A stretch of 64,000 bases of DNA from Octopus sinensis. Its lineage: Eukaryota. Of this stretch, positions 24,950 to 37,390 are shown in pieces. A program made the translations under genes and the position numbers. A model generated the notes under the pieces. The model did not search any database. It worked only from the letters and a program-made list of their open reading frames with translations, and had not been told where the DNA came from. The stretch's first letter is position 1; each line of letters opens with the position of its first letter. The DNA lies in NCBI RefSeq assembly GCF_006345805.1, contig NC_043000.1, positions 41,478,001 through 41,542,000 of the forward strand. Direction: 5' to 3'.

Positions 24950-26755
24950 ACATGTCAGTGTTTTTCTTTGCACCGAGAGAAGTCGCGACGTTGGTTTGTA
25001 GCGTGGCGAATAATTGAATTAAATGAAGCTCAACTACAAGGTAAGAGGCTTGTTTTTAGGGTTTCAGTGGGGGTTTGTTGTTTGGGTTTCTTTTTTCGAA
25101 CAAGAAATCTCCACCGAATTCCGGGCATTTGTCTGCCTGTAGTTGTGCTTAGCTGTGCTTAGTGTTTCACTTAGCGGTGAGAAGTGTGTTGTTTTGGGGG
25201 CGTATCCCTCCTCCAAAACTTGTGAACTTCGTTGTTTTTATTTTCATGTTGCTGTGTTCCTGCTACTATTTGGTTGGTCTTGAGTACCGGCATCCGGAAG
25301 ATTGTATGCAGTAGTTTTGGGACGTATCTCACCTCCATAAATTGTGGAATTTTTTTTTCTACCAATTTTTGAACCAATTTATTGGTGAAATCTGTGAAGC
25401 TGTGTTCCGGTTGGTGTGTTCTTGTTGCTATACCTGTTAGCCGGTAGTACCAGTTGACCGGTAGTACCAGTTGACCGGTAGTACCAGTTGACCGGAAGAT
25501 TGAAGTCGCTGTGTTTTGGACTGTTTTCTTTCCTTCTACTTTCTTTCCGTTTTTTGTGTTTTTTTTTAACTATTTGAACTTTTTTGTGTGAACTTTTCTT
25601 CTTCCAAAACATGGCAGAAAAAAAACGAACACTGTGTTGGACTGGGAGATTGTCCCACCCAATGAGTGGGTGAAAGACTTAGAGGAGAGGACGGTGGTGC
25701 TGAGGACTTATTCAAAGTCGCTCGACATCATCGCCGTCTTCAAAAAGATAGAGATTGAGAAGTTGGCTGAGTACCTGCCAACTATAAAATATATTTCCAG
25801 CGGTGCAAAGTATGCAACGGTGGGGTTTCTGTTTGACACCCCTGAGGAGGCTCGCAAATTTGCAAACCAGCCCTTAGAGGGCCAAGAGATCCTGTTTCTT
25901 CCCACATATTGTGGGAAGAAGTTAACAAGAGCTTGGGTCTGTAGGTTGCCACCTGGAATGGGATCCGAATGGATAGAAGATACAATCCACCGGGGTCTGG
26001 GTGGCAGCGAATCCAAGCTGCTTAATATAAAAATGTTGCCGGCGACTGATTGGGTTGGGTCAAAACAGCTTTTGACCCTGTGGACCCAATCAGCTAAGAA
26101 TCTGGTCTTCCCAGATTTTCTGACTATGGCTGGTAACAGGTATCCGGGGATACTTGAGGGACGCCCCCCCACCTAAATGTCACCTGTGCCTGGAACCAGG
26201 CCAAAGAAAAAGAACTGTCCTCAGGATCAGAGTAGGGTCCTGGAGCAGTTGGTTGAAGAAGAGCCCCCCACCCCCACTCCTCGTTCAGAAGAAGAGAAGG
26301 CGATGGTCGAGGAGGTGGAGGCCTCCTCGACGAATAAGGAAGAAGATGGGTGGAAATGGCTGCGCAACGAGGGATCCTAAGGCTGCGGGAGGGAAGGAAA
26401 ATCTTCCGGAGAAAACGGAAGAACTCCCCCCCCCGTGGCAAAAGAAAAAAAGAAAAAAAGAAACGGGGCATTGCCGGCAGTTACTAACACATCGCCGGCA
26501 TGTCCCGAAACCCCGTCGGTGGGAATTGTGTACACACACAAACAAACACACACACACAGACATCTACTCAAATTTTGCAAAACCTCCCAAATTTTGTGAA
26601 CTTGCATGTTTTTCATCTAAACCGAATTTAAAGTAATACCAATAACTGCTTTATTACTGTTGCTCTCTGTACTTTTGGGCCACAGGCCCAATTAGCTCTC
26701 TACAGGAGCTAGCTTAAATGTCCGCTCGGAGTGCGGCTTTTAAGCTAGTTACTTT
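24950..26755 (+). mobile_element. L1/Tx1-like element: 5'UTR plus gag-like ORF1 (frameshifted), no ORF2
   Basis: Reading frame from ATG 25611 and ORF 25634-26176, then a broken zinc knuckle CHLCLEPG..KNCP and an acidic/basic tail. 17-bp x3 repeat at 25441-25495. Confidence 0.65.
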
Positions 26756-27226
26756 ATAATATCGATTTCGTAAGAATGAAAGGTGATGTTGATCTCGGTG
26801 GGATTTGAGCTCAGGGAAATAATGTGGAGCAAATGTCACAGGGTATATTGTCGTACGCTCTAACAATTCTGCCAAATTGCTGCTCAGTGCACTGTTAACA
26901 GTGCACTTATAAAAAGTGTAATGGAGAAGAAAAGTGTAATGGAGAAGTTCATAATCGTTTCTAACTGGTCTCAATAGAATCCATGTTCTTGAAAAAACGA
27001 ACCTTATCAAAAATATTATATAAAGTGAAAATTGAAAAGTTCATAATCGTTTCTTACTGTTCTCAATAGAATCCATGTGGTGGTGTTTTGTCGGTAGTTG
27101 GTATAATCGCTATATTACTATTGAGTGTATTGAAGAAGTCCATTATTGTTTCTTGCTGGTATTAAAAGGAACCGCTTTTTTGTTACCTTGTGTTCCAATG
27201 GTAGCAACAGTAGCAACATATATATA

Positions 27227-27274
<48 letters not shown>

Positions 27275-27549
27275 TGTGTGTATATACATATTTATACATG
27301 TGTGTCTGTCTTTGTGCCAGCGTTTGTTCCCCCCACCCCATCACCGCTTGACAATGGGTGTTGGTGTGTTTATAAGACCAATAGAATAAGAACTAAAAAA
27401 TATGCTCTGGGGTCGTTTTGTTCGACTACAAACCCTTCAAGGCGGTGCTCTAGCATGGCCGCAGTCAAATGACTATAAAGCAGTGAAAGAAAAAAGTATA
27501 GAAGAATAAAAGAATACCTCTGCAAAGCATCAGATATGACTGTCTAAAA

Positions 27550-27830
27550 ATTGATTCGACTTCACCAGCTCCAGTATATGGCTTCCTAAATCCTCCGATA
27601 GTAGTCCCGTGGATTACAATGTGTACGACCCGGTTGAGAAAGACACCAACCCGCTCTGCCTGCAACACCAAGGCCAAGCTAGTGGCCAAGCTCAAGGAAG
27701 TGTTCGAAGATCTTTCAAGGGACACAGTGGGGGAACGCATCAGTCAGCTCCTGGGGTCATCTGGAGGTCGTTGTTAAAGGTAAGGACGGCTATTTTGAGT
27801 AAAATGTTATCTCTCAGCTATAATCTAGTT
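27550..27830 (+). mobile_element. Tc1/mariner transposase C-terminal relic
   Basis: Degenerate W.P.SPD..P.DY motif followed by VEKDTN. Related to 20063-20389. Confidence 0.6.
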
Positions 27831-28206
27831 GATGCTTTTTGATTTTTCAAAATACTTTTATTTTTTGGATGGAACATTGTGTTTTCTTTTCTTTTTTATG
27901 TAAAGTGCATATTAGTGAGTGTGTAGTACATTATATATATATGTGTACATATATCTGTGTGTGTGTGCGTGCGTGCGTGCGTGCGGTGTGTGCGTGCGTG
28001 CGTGCGGTGTGTGCGTGCGTGCGTGCGGTGTGTGCGTGCGTGCGGTGTGTGCGCGTGTATCTGAGCGTGTGCGTGTATGCATGAGGGACATATCCACGGC
28101 TCCACCAAGACCTGAAGGCTAAAGGTAAGGTATACATGCACGAATGTATGTATGTATGTATGTATGTATGTATGTATGAATGTATGGATGTAAGTATGCA
28201 TGTATG

Positions 28207-29985
28207 TCAGGTCACTTATGAGGCTCTCATAAGTGCTACTGGTAACATGGAATCCAGTACAACCTGTTGCATGGTCGGGTTGTCGGCGACTAAACCGGCA
28301 CCCACACCAGGCTACCCTGGTAAGGAGTGTTGCTAGAAAGCCAGCAGGATTAAGAACAAGACCTGTTGAAAGGTCGGATGACCCAAGTGCAAGCTCAATG
28401 TCTATCTTGCAATAGCATGGGTATGCAGAAGTTCCGAGATGGTGTCCGGCGTGCTGAAAATCCACTGGGTGCGAGGCACTCCTCAGCTTCTGTTGAAGTA
28501 TGTCTCTAGGAGAAGGTCACTCTGATATAAAACCAGATATACAGGGAATGGCACCGGACATATTGGTGATTTTCGGTTTGTGTTAGAGATCGTGGCGCTC
28601 CAACATCCCTGAGCCTGCGACTTATATTGGTGCCAGACATCTTGCTCTGACACGTCTCTGGATTATTTCAATAAAGTAGAGCGGGTCTATGAGGTATCGT
28701 GCAAACTCATTGGGCCTAAAACTCTGCACAGGCATTGCTGACCTCAGCTCGATATGTGCCGCTGCTTTTTCTTTTTCTATATATATTTATTTTATTTTCA
28801 GTATACATGTATCTTATTTCATGATGGGATGGAGGCTTGGGTCAATACTGGTGGTGGCATGGCGGGACACTATTCTCCTGTAGAGAATGCTTGATACCAT
28901 TCTCCTGTAGATAATGGTGTCAAGCAGGATGACACCCTTGCTCCAACTCTCTTTTCTTTGTACTTTGCTGCTGCTTTTACTCATGCTTCTGCTAAGGTTG
29001 GCTCTCTGGAATATATCTCAGGTATCTTCTAACCGCCTCTTTAATCTGCGCCGATTTCCTGCTAATTCAAAAGTTTCCAGTCTCTTAATCGTGACTTGCT
29101 TTATGCAGATGACTGTTGCTAAGTTACTGATACAGTGGATGACATGCAAATACTTATGAATTGCATTTCTACTTCTTGCAAGGCATTTGGAATCAACATT
29201 AGCCTGGACAAGACTGTTGTAATATTCCAGCCAGCACCATGTTGAAGGAACACTTCTGAAAGTGGTAGACAAGTTTGTCTACCTGGACAGCACACTCAGC
29301 CGTTCTTTCTCCCTGGATGATGAAATAACTTTCAGGCTGCAGAGAGCAACTGATTCCTTCCGGTCTCTTCAGTCTCGTGTCTGGCCCCAGAATGGCATCA
29401 CAAAGCAAACAAAAATTGCTGTGTACCGTGGATGTGTACTCATGTGAGACATGGACCCTTTACAAACGTCATGTAGAGTCCTTGAATGTTTCTGTCAGAG
29501 ATGTCTCATTCTGAATGTTGGCTAGACCTTAAAAACTTCAAACATACAGGTCCTAAGGACAGCTGATATCTTGAGTACTGAGGCGATGGGGCACAAGCAC
29601 TGGTTACGATGGACTGGGCACCTTGTCAGAATGAAGGATAGCAGGATTCCTAAGCAGATGTTATGTGGGGAACTTGTTAATGGAAAGAGACCCCGGCAGA
29701 AACCAAAGCTGCGATTTAAGAACTGTGTCAAGTCCTCATTAAAGGCCTGTGATATGCAGGATACTGACTGGGAGAGCAATGCCAGTCATCACCACAGATG
29801 GGAGAAGCAGGTTAAGGAGCGGGGTCGATCTCTTTGAGAGAGCATGTATTCTGCATGAAGAACTTAAGTGTGCTGCACGAAAGCGGACTATTAGTGTAGA
29901 AAATGGGGAAACTTTGCAATGTTTGCAGTCGTGTATGCTTGTCAAGAGCAGGGCTCATTAGCTACCAACCGAGCCGCAAATGCGT
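28207..29985 (+). mobile_element. RTE-clade LINE, internally deleted and degenerate
   Basis: Motifs NGVKQ..LAPTLF, LLYADDC, VVDKFVYLDS and LRWTGHLVRMKDSRIPKQMLCGEL. CTAGGAGAAGG motif in the 5' region. Confidence 0.9.
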
Positions 29986-29989
29986 GAAT

Positions 29990-30095
29990 ATAAAGTGTCT
30001 TGCTCAAGAACACAACACACTGCCCGGTCCGGGAATCGAACTGAGAACCTCACGATCGTAAGATCGAAGCTCTAACCACTGTACCTTGCGCCTTC
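29990..30095 (-). mobile_element. SINE family D, head only
   Basis: Matches 8600-8706. Confidence 0.8.
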
Positions 30096-31719
30096 ACTAT
30101 ATATATATATGTGTGTGCGTGTGTGTGTGTGTGTGTGTGGTGTGTGTGTGTGTGTGTGTGGTGTGTGTGTGTGTGCGTGTGTGTGTGTATGTTTGTATGT
30201 ATGTATGTATGTATGCATGCATGCATATATGTATACATGCATACATGTATCTAGGTACGTATGAGTATATGTTACAACTTTCGTCTGTCACCTATGCAGC
30301 AGACAATGCAGATCGGCAACGAGTCTGAATAGCCATCTGAAGGGTCATGGACGGAAAGTCAGATATGTTATTGTCAACGAGGAAGCACAAAACGACGACA
30401 GTAATTTGTAAAGATGGAGCAATCGCCATGTGTTTACGCACAGTTGTACTCATGCATACATGTATGTATACATGTATGTACGCATATAAGTATATACGTA
30501 TGAGTGTATGTATGAGTGTATGTGTATGTATATGTGTGTATATGTATGTGTATGAATTAATGTATGGGAGTATGCATACGTATTATACTGTATGAATACG
30601 AGCATCTGTGTAAGTATGCATGTATGTATGTATGCATGCATGTATGTATGTATGTATGTATGTATGTATGTATGTATGTATGTATGTATGTATGTATGTA
30701 TGTATGTATGTATGTATGTATGTATGTATGTATGTATGTATGAATGTACGTATGCATATATTTCACTTTGTAGGCATGTATGCATGTGTATGTATGTATG
30801 CATGTATGTATGTATGTATGTATGTATACATGTATGTGTTAGTATGTATGAAGTATAACAAACTATGTTTAAGAAATGGGTAAGCAAAACAGCAGATAGA
30901 TAAACCGCAAGTGTATAAATAAATGAATAAATAGACAAAGAAATAAAGAACGAAAAAAAAGAAAGAACGAAAAAAAGGAAGGAAGGAAGGAAGAAAGAAA
31001 GAATATAATAAAAAAAGCAAACTATCCGCTCGGCAAGCAGGTAAGATAAAAAAATTAAAAAAATAAAATTATAAAGATGATTTCTTTTATGAGATGTACA
31101 AAGAAAGAAAGAAAGAGAGAGAGAGAGAGGGGGGGAAAGAGAGAGAGAAAGGAAAGGTTAGATAGAATAAGGAAGGGAGGGTGGTTTTAAGGTAGAAGGA
31201 CAGGTAGAGAGTAGGTTGGCGGTGGGGGATCAAGGTAGGAGAAAGGAAAGCCTAGGCAAGGAAAGAAAGGTAGCATGAGAGATAGAGGTAGAGAGAGAGA
31301 GAGAGAGAGAGTGATGTGGAGAGGGAATGAGGAAGATAGATGTGAGGGAGAAAGCAACAGACGAGGAAGAAGAAGAAGAAGAAGAAGAAGAGAGTAAGGA
31401 AAGGAGGAAGGAGGGTTGAATAGTGTGAAAGAGGCGGAGGGTAAAGCAACAAAGCTGTATTGAGGTTAGATTAGGTTAGGTTAGTCTCGTCTGGGTCTAA
31501 GCTAGGTGAGGGTGTGATGCAGAGGTGAGTGAGCTGCAGACGACGCGGGCGCAGGTAGGAGGATAGGGAGTGGGAGGAGACAAGGTAGTAATAATCAGCA
31601 GCAGCAGTAGTGGTATTAGTAGGTGAAGCAAGAAAAGTAGGAGGAGGAGGAGGAGAGAAAGGATAAGAAGGAGGAGGAGGAGGGGAAGAAGTAGAACGAA
31701 CGCCTCACGTCCGTCGGCC

Positions 31720-31815
31720 TGCTTTGAAAGGCAAAGCAAACTCCCGGTTGCTTATCCACGCGACCCGCACACGTTGAGCTTTAAGCCCCGGCTGACTCGT
31801 TCTTCCAGTCAGTTG
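31720..31815 (+). promoter_or_regulatory. Candidate ASCL core promoter
   Basis: CTTTGAA (TCF-like) 31722-31728, CACGCGAC (Hes class C) 31757-31764, TTTAAG at 31780, and Inr TCAGTT 31809-31814. The TATA-like element is at -31 from A31811. Confidence 0.55.
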
Positions 31816-33291
31816 TGAGTGAGACGGCACTCCATTCACGAGGACAGGCAGTCAGTCAAGAAGCGTCGGCTATCGCACTTTGGCAAAAAAAACAAAAACA
31901 AGCAAAAACAAAACAAGAAAAGAAAAAAAAAAGTCACCACATATAAACACGCTCATACATACACACCTACGGAGACTGTATACGCCATTCACACCTACAC
32001 TTACACACCCACAAATACATATACACAGACACGCTTACAGACTCATCCGTACCCGCAAATGTTTATATGTAACAATTAGTTTGCTATACATATATATATT
32101 TATATATAATATATATATATAGAGAGAAAGAGATAACAATCCTAAAATCAAGTAAACGAAAAAAAAAGAAGAAAAATCCTTATCTATGCAACAAGCTTTT
32201 TCCGTATATACACACACGCTGAATATATATATTAAGTTATTTATTTATTAATATATATGTATTTGTCTGTCTAAGTGTATGCATACATATTATTAGCTGC
32301 CTAGTCAAACCAAAGGAACCGCAATTACATCAAAAAGAAAAGAAAAAAAAAGGAAAAAAAAAAACCGTGCTGTCCAAAGTTAGCAGCGATGATGATCGTA
32401 TCGATTATTACAATCCACTGACAACAGACAGATCGATAAATCGAATATAATATACCAGCAATCAAGAAGAAAAAAAAAAGAATCAGAACAAAATAACAGA
32501 TGAAAATGCAAGCAGGCAAAACAGACTTTATAGAATTCACACAAAAACGAATCTGTTGCATACTCACACAGAAAGGCAATTATTTATTAATTAGATAATT
32601 AGTTCGTTACAAAGAAATATCTTCACACATTTGATTATATTGCTGCTTGCTTCATTATAATAATAACAACAACAAAAAAGTTATTATTAAAAAACTATAT
32701 ATATGTATGAATATATATATGTATGTAATGTTTAAACGAATTTGTTTAAGCTAATTATAATTTAATATTATACATTATGTTGATATAATAATTGTAATAT
32801 TTGTCATTTGTCATTACAAACTTATAACTGAGAATAACACCTGTATACACATTATCGTTATATATATATATTATACTTTAATATAATATATATATATATA
32901 GAAATATATTTATATGCACAAACACATTCAAAACTACCATATATATATTGTATTTATTTGCATACAATTTTTCTTTATTTATTTGATATAATTAATTATA
33001 TGTCATATTTTCCTATACTTTTAAGTTAAATTCACAGAACTCTATATTATATATATATGATGTATTTAAAATATTTGTGATAAAAAATATTTCACATTTT
33101 ATCACATATATACACAAGGATATACATATACAATATAAATGTTCATGCATGCATTTGTATATTTTTTGTCCACTTAATCAAAAAACATCATATTAACTTT
33201 ATACCTTCACCATCACTTAAAAGACTTTTATTAATTACAGTCACATTAACAACAACAACAAACGAACAAGTAAGCAAACAAGCAAGATAAG

Positions 33292-34554
33292 ATGGATGGT
33301 CAAGTAGAGACGATATCGTTGAGTGCTATAGCTAATGTTGCGTCAATGGCGGCGGCTGCACAACAGATAAGCGTTCAAGGACACACAATGCTGGGCGCAC
33401 TGACCGGCACTGACCGACCGGCTTGTATGTTTACTATACATTCTCCAATAGCAAATCTGAACACATCGAATACTATGCCACTAACAATACACACAGCGCC
33501 ACCTGTTGTAGCAGCATCATTACCATCGTCATTATCATCATCATCTTCATCATCAGTAGCAGCAACTGCAGCAGCAATGTCAGCATTATCATCAGTATCA
33601 GCATCATCAGCATCATCGTTATCGTCTTCGTCATCATCACTATCATCGTTATCATCGTTATCATCGCTATCTTCGTTACCAACACTGTCATCATTGTCAT
33701 CATTATCGTCATCATCAACAGCAGCAGCAGCAGTACAAGCGGCAGCAGCGGCGGCGGCGGCAGCGGTGCAAGCAGCAGTTGGAAATACAACGGTGGTGGC
33801 ACAACAAGCAGCGGCACGAAATACAATGACAGCGGCACTGGTGCCGGAACCAATGGTGGTAGAGTCGACGCTGACGTCATCGGCTACAACCACGACGACG
33901 ACGGCGACTGCGATGATGGCTGCGACGACGACGACGAACGCGTTTTCAACGACGGCGAAAGCATTTTCAACGACCACGGCAGTGGCGGCAACGAACGGGT
34001 TTCCAACGACGACGACGACGGCGGCGACCACAAACTCCACAACGACGACGACGACTCCCAATTCGAAATCAGTCCGTACGATATCGATGAAAGAGAACGC
34101 ACGCGAGCTGATGAACTGTAAGCGACGTCTTGATTTCAACCACACCAACTACTTGCCGTTGCATCGACCACAGACAGTTGCCGTGGCTCGGCGCAACGAA
34201 CGCGAAAGGAACCGCGTTAAGTTGATCAACATGACTTTTGCCACGCTTAGAGAACATATACCGAACGGTCCGAAGGGCAGTAAGAACAAAAAAATGAGCA
34301 AAGTAGAAACTTTACGAGCAGCCATTGACTACATCCACTATCTACAGGACCTTGTTGAGGATAGTGACACCGTCAACACTATCTTCGATAGTAGCTGTTT
34401 GACCGCTGCCGGATTAACGGCTGCCGGTTTAACGAATGGAATATACCAGACTACCGCTATGAACTCGCCGCGACCGAGTTCTTGCTCGGATAGTTCTTAT
34501 GAAGGACTTAGTGCTGAAGAAGAAGAATTATTGGGATTCACAAAATGGTTCTGA
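33292..34554 (+). CDS. ASCL1: Achaete-scute homolog (proneural class A bHLH), 420 aa, uninterrupted ORF
   Basis: ELMNCKRRLDF; bHLH AVARRNERERNRVKLINMTFATLREHIP..KKMSKVETLRAAIDYIHYLQ; ASC C-terminal motif LSAEEEELLGFTKWF. The symbol denotes ASCL1/ash homology, not one-to-one orthology. Confidence 0.97.
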   Translation: MDGQVETISLSAIANVASMAAAAQQISVQGHTMLGALTGTDRPACMFTIHSPIANLNTSNTMPLTIHTAPPVVAASLPSSLSSSSSSSVAATAAAMSALSSVSASSASSLSSSSSSLSSLSSLSSLSSLPTLSSLSSLSSSSTAAAAVQAAAAAAAAAVQAAVGNTTVVAQQAAARNTMTAALVPEPMVVESTLTSSATTTTTTATAMMAATTTTNAFSTTAKAFSTTTAVAATNGFPTTTTTAATTNSTTTTTTPNSKSVRTISMKENARELMNCKRRLDFNHTNYLPLHRPQTVAVARRNERERNRVKLINMTFATLREHIPNGPKGSKNKKMSKVETLRAAIDYIHYLQDLVEDSDTVNTIFDSSCLTAAGLTAAGLTNGIYQTTAMNSPRPSSCSDSSYEGLSAEEEELLGFTKWF

Positions 34555-34809
34555 AAAAAAAAAAGTACTGAAAAAAGTAAAAGAAACAAGTTCTATAGCA
34601 TGTGCATTCATGCATGCGTATATATATATGTACATATATATATATATATATTTTATGTATATAGCCATATATATACACGCACACAAAACAACAAAGACCT
34701 GAAATAATGAAAATCATATGAAAATAAAAAGGAAAAAAAATGTCAGGAAATCGCTGCAGAGGAAACAGCCACATGGTAAGATAATTTAACATACTTCATA
34801 TTTTGAAAT

Positions 34810-34885
<76 letters not shown>

Positions 34886-34937
34886 ACCGACATGCATAAT
34901 ACATACATACATGCATACATACATATGCATACATATT

Positions 34938-35001
<64 letters not shown>

Positions 35002-35044
35002 CATATATATATATGTATGTATATACTGGACAACAGGCACTCAT

Positions 35045-35223
35045 GCATACATTTAGGACATAAAACCAACGTGATGCTGAATTACAAAATACAAACAAAA
35101 AAAGCTAAAACGCGTTTCAAAGAATATTCCACAAAACATGAAAAATAAATTCAATCAGATATAACAATAACAACAAATAAAATTGCACGTATATATGTAT
35201 GTGTTATGCATGTATGTGTGTTA

Positions 35224-35261
<38 letters not shown>

Positions 35262-35492
35262 AATATATATATATATATATGTATGTATTTATGTGTAAAT
35301 ACATACACACATACGCACGCACACACACACACACACATAGATAGATAGATAGATAGATTCACACAATACATACATACATGCATAACACACATACGTGTAA
35401 TTTTATTTGTTGTTATTGCTATATCTGATTGAATTTTTTTTCATGTTTAGTGAATATTCTTTGAAACATTGGTTTTCTGTCCTAAATGTATG
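35045..35492. repeat. Imperfect ~450-bp foldback downstream of the ASCL stop
   Basis: CATTTAGGAC..TTTCAAAGAATATT..AATTCAATCAGATATA..CAACAAATAAAATT is mirrored at 35398-35492. Centre ~35293. Confidence 0.85.
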
Positions 35493-36230
35493 TGTGAGTG
35501 TGAGATGTTCAAGTGAGAATATATATTTTCATTTTCGCGGTTTATTTCGAAACTCGAATGTAAATGGTAGAAGTGTGATCAGTAGACCGTATGTTGAGGA
35601 ATGCTATGTAAGGAAATACATATATATAACTTTTAATTTAGGCAGAAGGCCGAGCTACTTTGAAGGGTCGATCCCAGTATTCGAACTTCACCGGTACTTT
35701 AATTTATCGACTGCAGAGGAGGCATGAAAAGCAAAGTTGACTTTGGCGGGAATTGAATTCAAGATGTAAAATGTTGGAATATATAAAGCAGTTTTTCTGG
35801 ACGACACTTAAACGATTATGCCACTCTTGAAAAGGTTACGTAATAAATAGAACACGGATTCCATTTTCTAGACAATTTAATTCTTTCTGAAAGCTACAGT
35901 AATAAGAGAAGAAATTTGTGTCCGGAATCAAACCCGGATACATTTTACTTCGAGGAAAATGCCGCCATTTTTATTTCTTATCATTCTTTTCGGTAATTGT
36001 GTTTGTTAACGCAAGAATCTGTTTTTAGCGATTTGCTACTTGTTGCGAAATATATTAAGAATATATTCATAGGTACATTAATAACTATCCTTCTCACTCG
36101 CCTATAAAGTTTGTGCTTGTATGTAGGCACATATTCTGCATGTTGGTACCTATGTGATACAGTTATCAATAAATTTATAAATCTATTTATCAGGGCCTGG
36201 CTATTATTACTACCTTACCTATCTATCTAA

Positions 36231-36307
<77 letters not shown>

Positions 36308-37189
36308 CATCCATCCATCCATCCATCCATCCATCCATCCATCCATCCATCCATCTATCTATCTATCTATCATCTATCTATCTACCTATCTGTCTGTCTG
36401 TCTGTCTATTAGACTATCTATCGATCGCTTTTCTCTCATGCACACACACACACACACACGCGCGCGCACATGTATATGCCTATACAAGGTATTTTGGAAA
36501 ACGAACTGAAAAGATGAAAAATATCTTAACTCGTGTTAGCATATATGTTTAGTATGCAATAATGCATACATATTTTACAACGTATAACATTTCAGTGCGT
36601 TTTCTTGAGACAACGCATCTGTGTAAAACATCAACAATTCTCGATACTAATATTTTGTCATATTTCATTGCATAAACCACACAACCCCTGAAATATGCCA
36701 TCAGTCCATCTTTTCAAATGATCTGACTACGTCATAGTGATGGAATGCATTTTAGCACTATTAGATAAATAGATAGATAGATAGATAGACAGTCAGAAAT
36801 ACAAGCATAGTACATGTATACATACATATATGCGAATATATGTATAATACATTCATATATACAGCCATACATAAAACGTACTTACATGCATACAGCCATA
36901 CATAAAACGTACTTACATACATACAAACATGCATACATACATACATACATACATACATACATACATACAAACAAAATATAATTATACATTATATATACAA
37001 TTGATGTTTCTTGCCTACTAAGGTTGATGCGCAATGTTTCTCGTCTCTGGTCACTGCAGATGAATTTATTGTTTGCAAATGAACAGAACATAAAGTCAAG
37101 AATACTGGAAAGAAGCCGCCAAATGGAAACGAAGGCTTTATATGGAATGACATCTAAGATTTAGGGAACAACAATCAGCCTAGAAATAT

Positions 37190-37390
37190 TCTTTTCTACT
37201 CTAGGCACAAGGCCCGAAATTTTTGGGGAGGAGTCGATTAGATCGATCCCACTGCGCAACTGGCTCTTAATTTATCGACCCCGAAATGATGAAAGGCAAA
37301 TTCGACCTCAGCGGAATTTGAAACAAGAACGCAAAGACAGACGAAATACCGCTTAGCATTTCGCGTGGCGTCATAACGTTTCTGCCAGAT
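37190..37390 (-). mobile_element. SINE family A
   Basis: ATCGACCCCGAAATGATGAAAGGCAAA..TTTCTGCCAG. Confidence 0.85.

Noticed and set aside
25441-25495. CRISPR-like repeats
   Set aside because: A 17-bp unit in perfect tandem with no spacers, in a eukaryotic context.
33375-34148. 257-aa antisense ORF and other frames overlapping ASCL
   Set aside because: Shadow of triplet repeats on the coding strand, with no recognisable domain.
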